64,000 nucleotides of DNA from Dehalococcoidia bacterium (GTDB taxonomy: Bacteria > Chloroflexota > Dehalococcoidia > Lucifugimonadales > UBA3495), in contig OZ253486.1 of NCBI GenBank assembly GCA_965261925.1, forward strand, positions 1,030,134 to 1,094,133, read 5' to 3'. Position numbers and translations under genes: made by a program. The notes under the pieces are model-generated. The model made no database searches, had not been told where the DNA came from, and was given only the letters and a program-made list of their open reading frames with translations. Position 1 is the stretch's first letter. Each line of letters opens with the position of its first letter. Positions 1 through 7,478 of the stretch are shown here, piece after piece.

Positions 1-326
1 TTGCTGGCGGACGAGCCGCCGGCGTCAGGGCCGTCGGCTTCACCGGCGGCGATGATGGCGGAACGCTGCAGCGATTTCATGCCGTACCATAGCGTTTCGG
101 ACAGGATCAAGACACCCCGCACAAAGGGGACACGCCGGATGCGCCCGGAGAAACGGGAGCTGACGGGCTCGGTGTCGCAGAAGATGCCGCCATCGGGCTG
201 ACGCACCGCCAGGCTGTAGTGGCGCACCCCGCGGATCATCACGCCTTCGATCACCGCCTGGCCGCCGTACAACGGCGGAGCGGACCGGGGGCCGGCGGGC
301 TGGGAGTCTGTGGGGGAACTAGCCAT
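1..326 (-). CDS. DUF1385 (YqhQ-like) domain protein, N-terminal part; gene runs off the window start
   Basis: Own translation from ATG at 326-324: MASSPTDSQPAGPRSAPPLYGGQAVIEGVMIRGVRHYSLAVRQPDGGIFCDTEPV... The GGQAVIEGVMxR N-terminus is typical of DUF1385, a frequent rpmE neighbour. Open at the window edge, so not listed as such in the ORF track. Confidence 0.7.
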   Translation of the reverse strand, partial: MASSPTDSQPAGPRSAPPLYGGQAVIEGVMIRGVRHYSLAVRQPDGGIFCDTEPVSSRFSGRIRRVPFVRGVLILSETLWYGMKSLQRSAIIAAGEADGPDAGGSSAS

Positions 327-726
327 CCAGCTTGTGCCACGCTTCCTGGAATAGCGTCTCGGAGAAGGCGTCGGGCTGCAGCCACAGGGCTCCGCCGAAC
401 TCCTCCTCCAGCCGGCCCTGGTCGCGGACGTCGTTCCGAGAGAGCAGGTACGTTACCGGAAGGTCCGCCAGGATTTCGGTGCTGATGACCAGGTACTCCC
501 AGTCCCAATCGAGGCCGTCGGCATCGTAGAAACGCACGGCCTGGCGATGTTCCTGCGAGTGGAACTTCAACCGGACTTCTCGAGATTGTTCGGGGATCCC
601 GGCGATCACTTCGTCCTCATTGGGGCTGCGGCGAGCGATGAAGCACTGCCAGCCGTACTCGGCCAGGCGTTCCGCCAAATGGATGCGACCGTACTCGCGG
701 ACGGTTTTGGGCACGTAGCGCGTCAT
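319..726 (-). CDS. hypothetical protein (135 aa)
   Basis: ORF track 319..726. Its stop (TAG 321-319) overlaps the DUF1385 start (ATG 326-324) by 8 nt, suggesting co-translation. No recognisable motif. Confidence 0.55.
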   Translation of the reverse strand: MTRYVPKTVREYGRIHLAERLAEYGWQCFIARRSPNEDEVIAGIPEQSREVRLKFHSQEHRQAVRFYDADGLDWDWEYLVISTEILADLPVTYLLSRNDVRDQGRLEEEFGGALWLQPDAFSETLFQEAWHKLDG

Positions 727-756
727 CGGTCTGCCTCCCGGGTCGGTGGGATGCGA

Positions 757-819
757 TTACCAGCGTGGCGCGGCGAGGTTGCCGCGTCGCTGCGCACCTT
801 GCAATGACGGTAGGGGTGA
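757..819 (+). repeat. REP/MITE-like intergenic repeat (GAGATTGCCACGC..GCTCGCAATGAC family), diverged copy
   Basis: gaggttgccgcgtcgctgcgcaccttgcaatgacggtaggggtga closely resembles the right arm at 51247-51294. It is preceded by accagcgtggcg, as in the left arm at 51081. Confidence 0.6.
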
Positions 820-967
820 GGGTTCCTCACGACGACGCACGGGGAGAGCAGTTCAAGCGATGTCCGACAGGGATGGTCGTTGCTGGCGGTGAGCGAGAAG
901 AGGCAGGGCAATAGCAAAACGGGAGCCGGTTGAGGCTCCCGCAGCATGGTTGTCTTTGCGCGTAGGG

Positions 968-1171
968 CTAACCGTCAAGGTTGAAGCGCCGGCTAAAACG
1001 CTCGATTCGGCCCTGCGTGTCGACGATGCGCTGCTCACCCGTATAGAAGGGGTGGCACTTGCCGCAAATCTCGACCCGGAGCGCCGGTTTGGTGGCGCCG
1101 GTATCGAAGACGTTCCCGCAGGAGCAGGTGACGGTGGCCTTGAAGTACTGGGGATGGATTTCTGCTTTCAT
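968..1171 (-). CDS. rpmE: 50S ribosomal protein L31
   Basis: Internal start of ORF 968..1372: [63 protein letters not shown]; classic L31 sequence with a CxxC..CxxC zinc motif. Confidence 0.95.
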   Translation of the reverse strand: MKAEIHPQYFKATVTCSCGNVFDTGATKPALRVEICGKCHPFYTGEQRIVDTQGRIERFSRRFNLDG

Positions 1172-1194
1172 ATTGTAGCCTCTGGTTATAGCCT

Positions 1195-1473
1195 CTACGC
1201 AGCGGTGGCGACGGCGTCGGCCATCGGATACACGCTGACCCGGCGCTTGCCCCTGGCGAGCCATTCGTAGGTCACCTGTCCCTCGATCTTGGAGAACAGG
1301 GTATGGTCCCGGCCCATGCCGACGTTGGTGCCGGGGTGAATGCGGGTGCCGCGCTGGCGGACGATGATGCAACCGCCGGTGACCCGTTCGCCGCCGTATT
1401 TCTTGACGCCGAGTCGCTTGGCGTTGCTATCGCGGCCGTTGTTGGTGCTGCCGCCGGCCTTCTTGTGGGCCAT
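1195..1473 (-). CDS. rpmA: 50S ribosomal protein L27
   Basis: [60 protein letters not shown]...; ATG at 1473-1471. The longer 298-aa ORF in the track is an upstream shadow extension. Confidence 0.97.
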   Translation of the reverse strand: MAHKKAGGSTNNGRDSNAKRLGVKKYGGERVTGGCIIVRQRGTRIHPGTNVGMGRDHTLFSKIEGQVTYEWLARGKRRVSVYPMADAVATAA

Positions 1474-1477
1474 GTCT

Positions 1478-2146
1478 CTATCCTCCGGTCTGGGTCTCGG
1501 ATCCGTTCTCGGGTTCGTGAACGGCCTCGGGCTCGTGCGCGATCTCGGGTTCGTGAACGGCCTCAGGCTCGTGTGCGATCTCGGGCTCGTGAACGGCCTC
1601 GGGTTCGTGCGCGATCTCGGGTTCGTGCGCGATCTCGGGTTCGTGCGTGGCCTCAGGCTCGTGAACGGCCTCGGGCTCGTGCGCGATCTCGGGTTGGTGA
1701 ACGGCCTCGGGCTCGTGTGCGATCTCGGGCTCGTGAACGGCCTCGGGCTCGTGAACGGCCTCGGGTTCGTGCGTGGCCTCGGGCTCGTGAACGGCCTCGG
1801 GCTCGTGAACGGCCTCGGGCTCGGAGTCGTATCCGGTCGCGATGTCTTGAATGCGGATACGAGTGTAGTTCTGCCGATGCCCCTTCTTGCGGCGGTATCG
1901 GGTCTTGGCCTTGTACTTGTAAACGATGATCTTGCGATCTTTGTAGTGGGACTGGACCTCGGCGATGACCCTGGCCCCGTCCACGGTGGGCGCGCCGAAG
2001 CGCATCTGGCCGTCGAGCGACACGGCGAGCACCTGATCCAGCTCGGTGGTGTTGCCTTCTTCGACTTCCAGCAACTCGACGTCGAGCACATCGCCGGGCG
2101 AGACGCGGTACTGCTTGCCGCCGGTTTTAACGATTGCGTAATCCAT
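1478..2146 (-). CDS. rplU: 50S ribosomal protein L21 with a 119-aa repetitive acidic/His C-terminal extension
   Basis: [28 protein letters not shown]...[25 protein letters not shown] is a canonical L21 core of about 103 aa. It is followed by ([18 protein letters not shown])x17. A GGGAG RBS lies upstream, and the rplU-rpmA order is conserved. Confidence 0.93.
   Translation of the reverse strand: MDYAIVKTGGKQYRVSPGDVLDVELLEVEEGNTTELDQVLAVSLDGQMRFGAPTVDGARVIAEVQSHYKDRKIIVYKYKAKTRYRRKKGHRQNYTRIRIQDIATGYDSEPEAVHEPEAVHEPEATHEPEAVHEPEAVHEPEIAHEPEAVHQPEIAHEPEAVHEPEATHEPEIAHEPEIAHEPEAVHEPEIAHEPEAVHEPEIAHEPEAVHEPENGSETQTGG
1505..1822 (-). repeat. 18-nt tandem repeat (about 17.5 units) encoding the HEPEAV-type hexapeptide tail of L21
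   Basis: Direct reading: ggcctcgggctcgtgaac / ggcctcgggttcgtgcgc / gatctcgggctcgtgtgc variants repeat head to tail. They translate in frame as [18 protein letters not shown]. Confidence 0.95.
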
Positions 2147-2172
2147 TTCGGTAATCTCCCAAACGGCCTACC

Positions 2173-2202
2173 ATTCTATGTTTGGGCATTTGGGGATGTC
2201 AA
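2173..2202 (-). promoter_or_regulatory. putative sigma70-type promoter of rplU-rpmA
   Basis: Minus strand reads TTGACA (2202-2197), an 18-nt spacer, then TAGAAT (2178-2173), about 27 nt upstream of the rplU ATG. Confidence 0.4.
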
Positions 2203-2246
2203 GCAAAGATGGACTTTCGGGTACGAATCCAACCTTATAGCAGCAG

Positions 2247-2864
2247 TCAGTCTGCCTCCAAGTCCTTCGCTGGAATTGTGTAGCAGTGAACTCCGGCGGC
2301 GGTCGCGTTCCGGTGCTGTCCACTCGTGATTTCAACACCGGCCACGGCGCCGGTGGCTGGCAATCCAGTGAACTCATGGAAACACTCGGCGTTCCTCTTT
2401 GCCCGTTCAATGTCTTTTGCTGCCACCGTGAACGACGCTTCGACAGCGACATAGGCTGGTTTGCCACCGGCATCCCGTACCAGCATGACCAGGTCAGCTT
2501 CGCAAAAGCTGCGCACATCGCTGTCAGGCTTGCCCGAGGCACGCGCCATGTTGGCGAATCCGATCAGCATTCCTCTGGGCAGTCGGTCGACGGTGCGATA
2601 GCCCATATCATCCGCGATGATGTCAGCGCTTCGCTGTGCAGCGTTCGCGGCGTGCGCTCCCCGGAGATAGCCGAGATGCTGGTTGATTTTCTCGAAACGC
2701 TCGCCTGCCTGATCGAGGCGGCTATGCACTGCTTCGTTGATCTCGGTTTGCTTGTCACCGTAATCCTTCAGCGCTGCGATCACCCCATCCAGCCGCTGCA
2801 CGATGGCCCGCCCCTCCGGTGTGAGGTTCTCTGGAACCTGGTCCCGTCCTTCCGGCGTGCTCAT
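2247..2864 (-). CDS. hypothetical protein (205 aa); helical N-terminal half, C-terminal half possibly PD-(D/E)XK-like
   Basis: ORF track 2247..2864. The C-terminal segment ...[38 protein letters not shown]... has a D..(E)xS/K-like pattern. The assignment is weak. Confidence 0.55.
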   Translation of the reverse strand: MSTPEGRDQVPENLTPEGRAIVQRLDGVIAALKDYGDKQTEINEAVHSRLDQAGERFEKINQHLGYLRGAHAANAAQRSADIIADDMGYRTVDRLPRGMLIGFANMARASGKPDSDVRSFCEADLVMLVRDAGGKPAYVAVEASFTVAAKDIERAKRNAECFHEFTGLPATGAVAGVEITSGQHRNATAAGVHCYTIPAKDLEAD

Positions 2865-3269
2865 TTTGATCCTCCCACAGCTACCTCGCCTACCTGAAGA
2901 AAAGCATAGCAGAAGTGATCCCGGTGCTGGAAGCGCCGATTACGCGCGGCAGCACGCACGGGCTCATGCCACGACCTGATGCAGTGAGGGGTTGCTCTCA
3001 TTCTCAATGGACTGGGCACGGGACCGAGCATGGCGCGCGGTGGCGGGCGCGGTGGCCGAGGGCCTACCTCGATTGATCCGACCGAGACAGTCGTCTGCCA
3101 GGCCGATTGCGACTTGGGCGCTGATAGGGTTGGCGGTGAGCGCCAGTCACCTGGTCGTGGAAAGGTTTTATCACCTGCAGATCAATGATAGAGCGAATGA
3201 TAGAGCGTAAGTTCGTAACATGGCGACAGTATGGTGTCATTGATGGCACAAGCTGCCCTATCGGGGGAT

Positions 3270-3349
3270 GGGCTGTCCCCGGGAGAAACGCCGCGCTGCA
3301 ACCGTCGCATCTACCAACGCCCCTCCATAACCTTTCCTTGTAATACTGG
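3270..3349 (+). mobile_element. solo right-end remnant of an IS701-family element related to the IS at 23493-24949
   Basis: gagaaacgccgcgctgcaaccgtcgcatctaccaacgcccctccataacctttccttgtaata aligns with 24888-24949 (gagaaacgccgcgccgctggccagacatccaccagcatccctccttaacccgtcgttgtaata). The terminal 18 nt match 15/18, and the flank is ctgg versus ctag. Confidence 0.6.
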
Positions 3350-3614
3350 AATTCCCAACATGTTTTCGAACCTTTGCTGTTGGTTTGGATATGTGCCCGC
3401 CACGAATAGTCTCGCCCGCCCGGATCGCGGTCAGGCAGCCATGAAATGGGGCATACAGCGTCCCTCGGGTTTTGCGGTTGCAATTTGCGTGCGGTATAAG
3501 TATTATTAGGCAGGCGAATTGTGGGGAAAGTGATCCAAGCGAGAACGAAGTACCTGCTCGACCTATGCGGCCTCGCCAACCGGCCGTAAGCAAGAGTAAG
3601 GAGCAGCTTAACTG

Positions 3615-4715
3615 ATGGTAGCCCAGGACCCGAACGTAGTCGAAATCACCGACATGTCCCAGCTCCCAGAATCGGCGTTTTCGCCGAGGGAGTACCGGAG
3701 GGGCGACTTGGTGACCGGCGAGATAGTGCGCATCGATGATGAGGGTATGGTCATCAGCGCCGGCCTCAAGACCGAGGGAATCGTTCCGCCGCAGGAGATG
3801 CGGACACTCACCGACGAGAAGCGGGAGCAGATGCAGCCGGGCTCCAACGTGATTGTCATTCACCTGAACAATCGCGGGCCCGGAGGAATGGCCGTATTCT
3901 CCTACGACCAAGCACAGGAAAAGCAGGTCTGGGAAGAACTCATCGAGATGCACAAGCAGGACTCTGAGCTCGCGGCCAAGGTGGTTCAGCACAACAAGGG
4001 CGGTCTGGTGGTTGACTGGGAGGGAGTACGCGGCTTTGTTCCGTTTTCCCAAATGGCGCCGGTGCCAAAGGAAGGCCGTGTCGAACACCTGGATGCCCGA
4101 ATCGGCGAGGACGCCCGTTTCAACATCCTGGAGTTGGACGCCCAGCGTGAAAAGTTGGTGCTGACCGAGCGCCGGATCTGGCGTCAGTTGCGCAACGCGG
4201 CCAAGGAGCGCTTGCTGGAAGAGCTGCAGGAAGGCCAGATCGTGCAGGGCACGGTCCGGTCGATGCGCGGGTTCGGCGCGTTTGTCGATCTGGGCGACGC
4301 GGAAGGGCTGGTGCCCATCTCGGAGCTGTCCTGGGCAATGATAAAGTCGCCGGAGGAAGTGGTCAGCGTGGGCGACGACCTGACGCTCAAGGTGCTGCGG
4401 GTGGACCGGGAGAACAGCAAGATCTCGTTGAGCCTGAAGCGGACCCAGCCGGAGCCTTGGGACACCGTACCGGAACGTTACCACGTTGGCGACATCGTGG
4501 ACGGGACGGTTACGCGGTTGATGGACTTTGGCGCGTTCGTGAAGTTGGAAGACTGGGTCGAGGGCCTGGTGCACATCTCCGAACTGTCAGCGCGCCGGAT
4601 GGAGCATCCGCGGGAGATCGTCTACCAGGGCCAATTGATCAAGGTGCAGATCCTGAGCATCGACACCGAACGGAAGCGGATGAGCCTCAGCTACCGCAAG
4701 GTGTACGGACTGTAA
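3615..4715 (+). CDS. rpsA: 30S ribosomal protein S1-like protein (four S1 RNA-binding domains)
   Basis: Repeated S1-domain pattern (GDLVTGEIVRIDDEGMVISAG..., GQIVQGTVRSMRGFGAFVDLGDAEGLVPISELS, GDIVDGTVTRLMDFGAFVKLEDWVEGLVHISELS). A GGAG RBS lies upstream. Confidence 0.9.
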   Translation: MVAQDPNVVEITDMSQLPESAFSPREYRRGDLVTGEIVRIDDEGMVISAGLKTEGIVPPQEMRTLTDEKREQMQPGSNVIVIHLNNRGPGGMAVFSYDQAQEKQVWEELIEMHKQDSELAAKVVQHNKGGLVVDWEGVRGFVPFSQMAPVPKEGRVEHLDARIGEDARFNILELDAQREKLVLTERRIWRQLRNAAKERLLEELQEGQIVQGTVRSMRGFGAFVDLGDAEGLVPISELSWAMIKSPEEVVSVGDDLTLKVLRVDRENSKISLSLKRTQPEPWDTVPERYHVGDIVDGTVTRLMDFGAFVKLEDWVEGLVHISELSARRMEHPREIVYQGQLIKVQILSIDTERKRMSLSYRKVYGL

Positions 4716-4746
4716 ACGCACACTCACCACCGCGGTTACAACGATT

Positions 4747-4777
4747 TAGGGGCGATTTACATCGCCCCTATTTTATT
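4747..4777. terminator. bidirectional intrinsic terminator hairpin between rpsA and the convergent hypothetical gene
   Basis: taggggcga-tttaca-tcgccccta followed by ttttatt on the plus strand. It lies 32 nt after the rpsA stop. Confidence 0.7.
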
Positions 4778-5559
4778 GCTTGCAACGCGGGCAGGTCGGC
4801 GTAGTTGGCGATCAGGTGGCCAGGGTCGGAGGAACTCTCATCGTCGCGCAGCTCGCGGAGCCGCTCCAGGCCGCGTCGGGTATCACTGGCCACGCGGGCG
4901 GGATGCCACTTGCGGATCCGACGCTTGAACAGCCAGTAGGTGAACTCCTGCCAGGCGACCAGGGAAAGAGATTGCGGTTCGTGACCCCAGGTTCCGTCGG
5001 CATCGGAGAGGAATGCAGGAACGAGGTTGGTACGGGTCTCGCCGTACAGATGTCGGTAGGATTCCTCGACCACGTCGTCGCTGTCGCCGTAGCAACGGGC
5101 GAATCGGGTCTTGCGGATGGAGTCTTCGGTCACCAGTTGCAGAGCCTCTTCGACCACCACGCCGTACCAGAAATTCAAGTGGGCGGTGTATCGGTAGGGC
5201 CCGATGAGTTGGCGGAACCGCTCGGGGCCGATGTCTTCGGGCAAGCGGCCGTAGAACAGCAGAGGTTCCAGTTCCTCGGGCGGCACGGCGTCGGGGATGG
5301 ACAGGCAAAGACGATGGGCCAGCGTAATCCAGTCCAGCGCTTCGCCGCCGATCACGTAGTGCCAGCGCCTGCCCCGCAGGTCCTCATGGGGCAGGCTCCA
5401 GCGGCCGATGGCGTCCAGCAGGGCAATGTGCCACGGATCGGTACGGCCGGCGCGGGAACGCAGCCGCTCAATGACGTGGCCGTGTTCGGGTAGCGCACCA
5501 CCCTCGCCAAGCGCCGGCGAGACGACCGTGACACCAGTGTCGTCCACCGTAAAGGTCAT
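4768..5559 (-). CDS. hypothetical protein (263 aa), translationally coupled to polX
   Basis: Start taken at MTFTVDDTGV... The ATG (5559-5557) overlaps the polX TGA (5558-5556) as ATGA. No recognisable family motif. Confidence 0.65.
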   Translation of the reverse strand: MTFTVDDTGVTVVSPALGEGGALPEHGHVIERLRSRAGRTDPWHIALLDAIGRWSLPHEDLRGRRWHYVIGGEALDWITLAHRLCLSIPDAVPPEELEPLLFYGRLPEDIGPERFRQLIGPYRYTAHLNFWYGVVVEEALQLVTEDSIRKTRFARCYGDSDDVVEESYRHLYGETRTNLVPAFLSDADGTWGHEPQSLSLVAWQEFTYWLFKRRIRKWHPARVASDTRRGLERLRELRDDESSSDPGHLIANYADLPALQAIK

Positions 5560-7367
5560 GGTCGGGATGCCGCGGCGCTGCGAGCCTCTGCCATAGCCCC
5601 GAAACGATCGGGTCGCTGTCCTTTGGGCGCGCGGAGCCACGCGAGAAACTCTTTCGCCGGGTAGGTGTTCAGGATGTGCTCCGGGCCGCACCAGGCGCGA
5701 CGGGCGACGGCCACGCCGAAGGTGCGGTTCGTCAACCCGTCGACGTGGTGAGAGTCGGTGTTGATGACCAGCGGTACGCCGAGTTCACGGGCGCGGGCCG
5801 CGTGCGTGTCCTTGAGGTCGAGGCGCTCCGGAGCAGCGTTGATTTCCATGGCGGTGCCGGTTTCGCGGGCGGTTTGCAGCAGGGCCTCGATGTCGAACTC
5901 AACCGGATCGCGACGGCCGAGCAGGCGTGTCGAGGCGTGCCCGATGACGCTTACGTGAGGATTCTCCATGGCACGGGTGATGCGCCGGGTCATGGTCTCA
6001 CGGTCCTGGCTCATGGCGTTATGGACGGAGGCGATGACCCAATCCAACATGCCCAGCACGTCGTCGGGGAAGTCCATGGCGCCGTCGGCGCGGATATCCA
6101 CCTCGGAGCCGCAGAGGATGGTCATGTCGTACCGGGATTGGAGGCTCCTCAGTATCTCGACCTGGCGGGCGAGACGGTCTGGCGTCAGCCCGTTGGCGAC
6201 ACCAAGGCCCTGGGAATGGTCGGTAAGCGCCATGTACTCGTAACCCATGGCGGCGACGGCGGCAACCATCTCCTCCAGCGGGAACTTGCCATCGCTCCAG
6301 TCGCTGTGGAGGTGCAGGTCGCCGCGTAGGTCGGTCTCGGTGACCAGGTTGGGAAGGTTTCCGGAGCGAGCGGCGTCCAGTTCGTCGGCGCCGCGGCGCA
6401 GTTCCGGCGGGATCCAGGGCAACTCCAGCCGATTGTAGAAAGACGCCTCGTCCGGAAAGCGTTCGGTTTCGCCGCTTTCGATTACGGTGATGCCATATTC
6501 GTTCAGCGACAGGCCCCGGCGGTTGGCGTAGTCGCGCAGCCGAATGTTGTGCTGCTGGCTGCCGGTGAAATACTGGAGCATCGCGCCCATTGCGTCGGGC
6601 TCACCGATGCGCAGGTCAATCTGGATGCCGGGGTCAACCACCACTGAGGTCTTCGAATCTCCCTGCACCAGCACCTCACGGACGGAGGGCAGGGCGGCGA
6701 GGGCTGGTCCGGTTTCGGCCGGGTTGTCCGAAACGGCAATGAGGTCCAGGTCGCCGATGGTTTCTTCCCACCGGCGCAGCGAGCCGGCCGGGGTGATGCT
6801 CACCAAACCGGAGCAGGCGTCGAACAACTGGGCGGTCACGGCGGCGCAGGTCTCGGAAGCGATGCCCAGCGGGGTGCGGTCGGAGCGGGATCGCTGGGCC
6901 TGGATGTGTCGGAGGATGTTTGCGGCGGAGCGTTTGCCCATGCGCGGCAGCTGGGCGAGACGGCCATCCAACGCAGCCTGCTCCAACTCGGCGACCGAGC
7001 CGATGCCGAGCTCGACCACCGCGGCTTTGACGGTCTTGGGGCCCATGCCGGGAACTTCCAGCAGGTCCAGAACGTTGGCCGGTAGTTCCTCGGCGAGACG
7101 GTCGTAGGCGGCCACGTGTCCGGTGGCCACATACTCCTGGACCTTCTCGCTGATGGCCTTGCCGACACCCGGGATTTTCCTCAGGTCATCGCCGGCGGCG
7201 GCCGCTGCGGCCAGCGACCAACTGAGCTGTTCAATGGTGTTGGCGGCGCGCTGGTAGGCGCGAATCTTGAAGACGGTATCGCCCTTGATCTCCAACATGG
7301 CCGCCATGTTGTTGAACATTTGGACGATGTCTTCATTGGTGATTGGCGTGGTCATGGTCAATACCAT
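5556..7367 (-). CDS. polX: DNA polymerase/3'-5' exonuclease PolX (Pol beta-like domain plus PHP domain)
   Basis: N-terminus ...MFNNMAAMLEIKGDTVFKIRAYQRAANTIEQL, an HhH GIGPKTA-like motif (VPGMGPKTVKAAV), the nucleotidyltransferase GDLDLI motif, and a C-terminal PHP domain (GDLHLHSDWSDG...TDHS). Confidence 0.92.
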   Translation of the reverse strand: MVLTMTTPITNEDIVQMFNNMAAMLEIKGDTVFKIRAYQRAANTIEQLSWSLAAAAAAGDDLRKIPGVGKAISEKVQEYVATGHVAAYDRLAEELPANVLDLLEVPGMGPKTVKAAVVELGIGSVAELEQAALDGRLAQLPRMGKRSAANILRHIQAQRSRSDRTPLGIASETCAAVTAQLFDACSGLVSITPAGSLRRWEETIGDLDLIAVSDNPAETGPALAALPSVREVLVQGDSKTSVVVDPGIQIDLRIGEPDAMGAMLQYFTGSQQHNIRLRDYANRRGLSLNEYGITVIESGETERFPDEASFYNRLELPWIPPELRRGADELDAARSGNLPNLVTETDLRGDLHLHSDWSDGKFPLEEMVAAVAAMGYEYMALTDHSQGLGVANGLTPDRLARQVEILRSLQSRYDMTILCGSEVDIRADGAMDFPDDVLGMLDWVIASVHNAMSQDRETMTRRITRAMENPHVSVIGHASTRLLGRRDPVEFDIEALLQTARETGTAMEINAAPERLDLKDTHAARARELGVPLVINTDSHHVDGLTNRTFGVAVARRAWCGPEHILNTYPAKEFLAWLRAPKGQRPDRFGAMAEARSAAASRP

Positions 7368-7416
7368 ACCACCGGCCGGCGAACGCGAGCAAGGAACGGA
7401 TCAAGCGCGGCAGCGC

Positions 7417-7454
7417 TGTAAAAACGTAGGGGCGCCTGCTCGCGCAGACGCCCC
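7417..7454 (-). terminator. intrinsic terminator after aconitase
   Basis: On the minus strand, the ggggcgtctgc-gcga-gcaggcgcccc hairpin is followed by tacgttttta. It lies 25 nt after the acn stop. Confidence 0.55.
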
Positions 7455-7478
7455 GGGTCGTTCCAGGTTCGAATCTGG

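Noticed and set aside
1195-2329. Long ORFs with PRPFTS.. or GLGLVNGL.. repeats (1195..2091 minus strand, 1303..1929 and 1340..2329 plus strand)
   Set aside because: These are alternative-frame or antisense shadows of the 18-nt tandem repeat inside rplU. The rplU and rpmA frames have unambiguous ribosomal protein sequences.
2865-3614. Structured RNA gene (tmRNA, RNase P, SRP, 6S) in the 750-nt ORF-poor region upstream of rpsA
   Set aside because: None of the hallmark strings is present on either strand (GAGGAAAGTCCGGGC, a tmRNA tag frame with a T-arm/ACCA end, or the SRP GGAA/AGCAG motif). Part of the region is an IS relic. A 12-nt duplication (aatgatagagcg x2 at about 3184-3207) is the only other feature.
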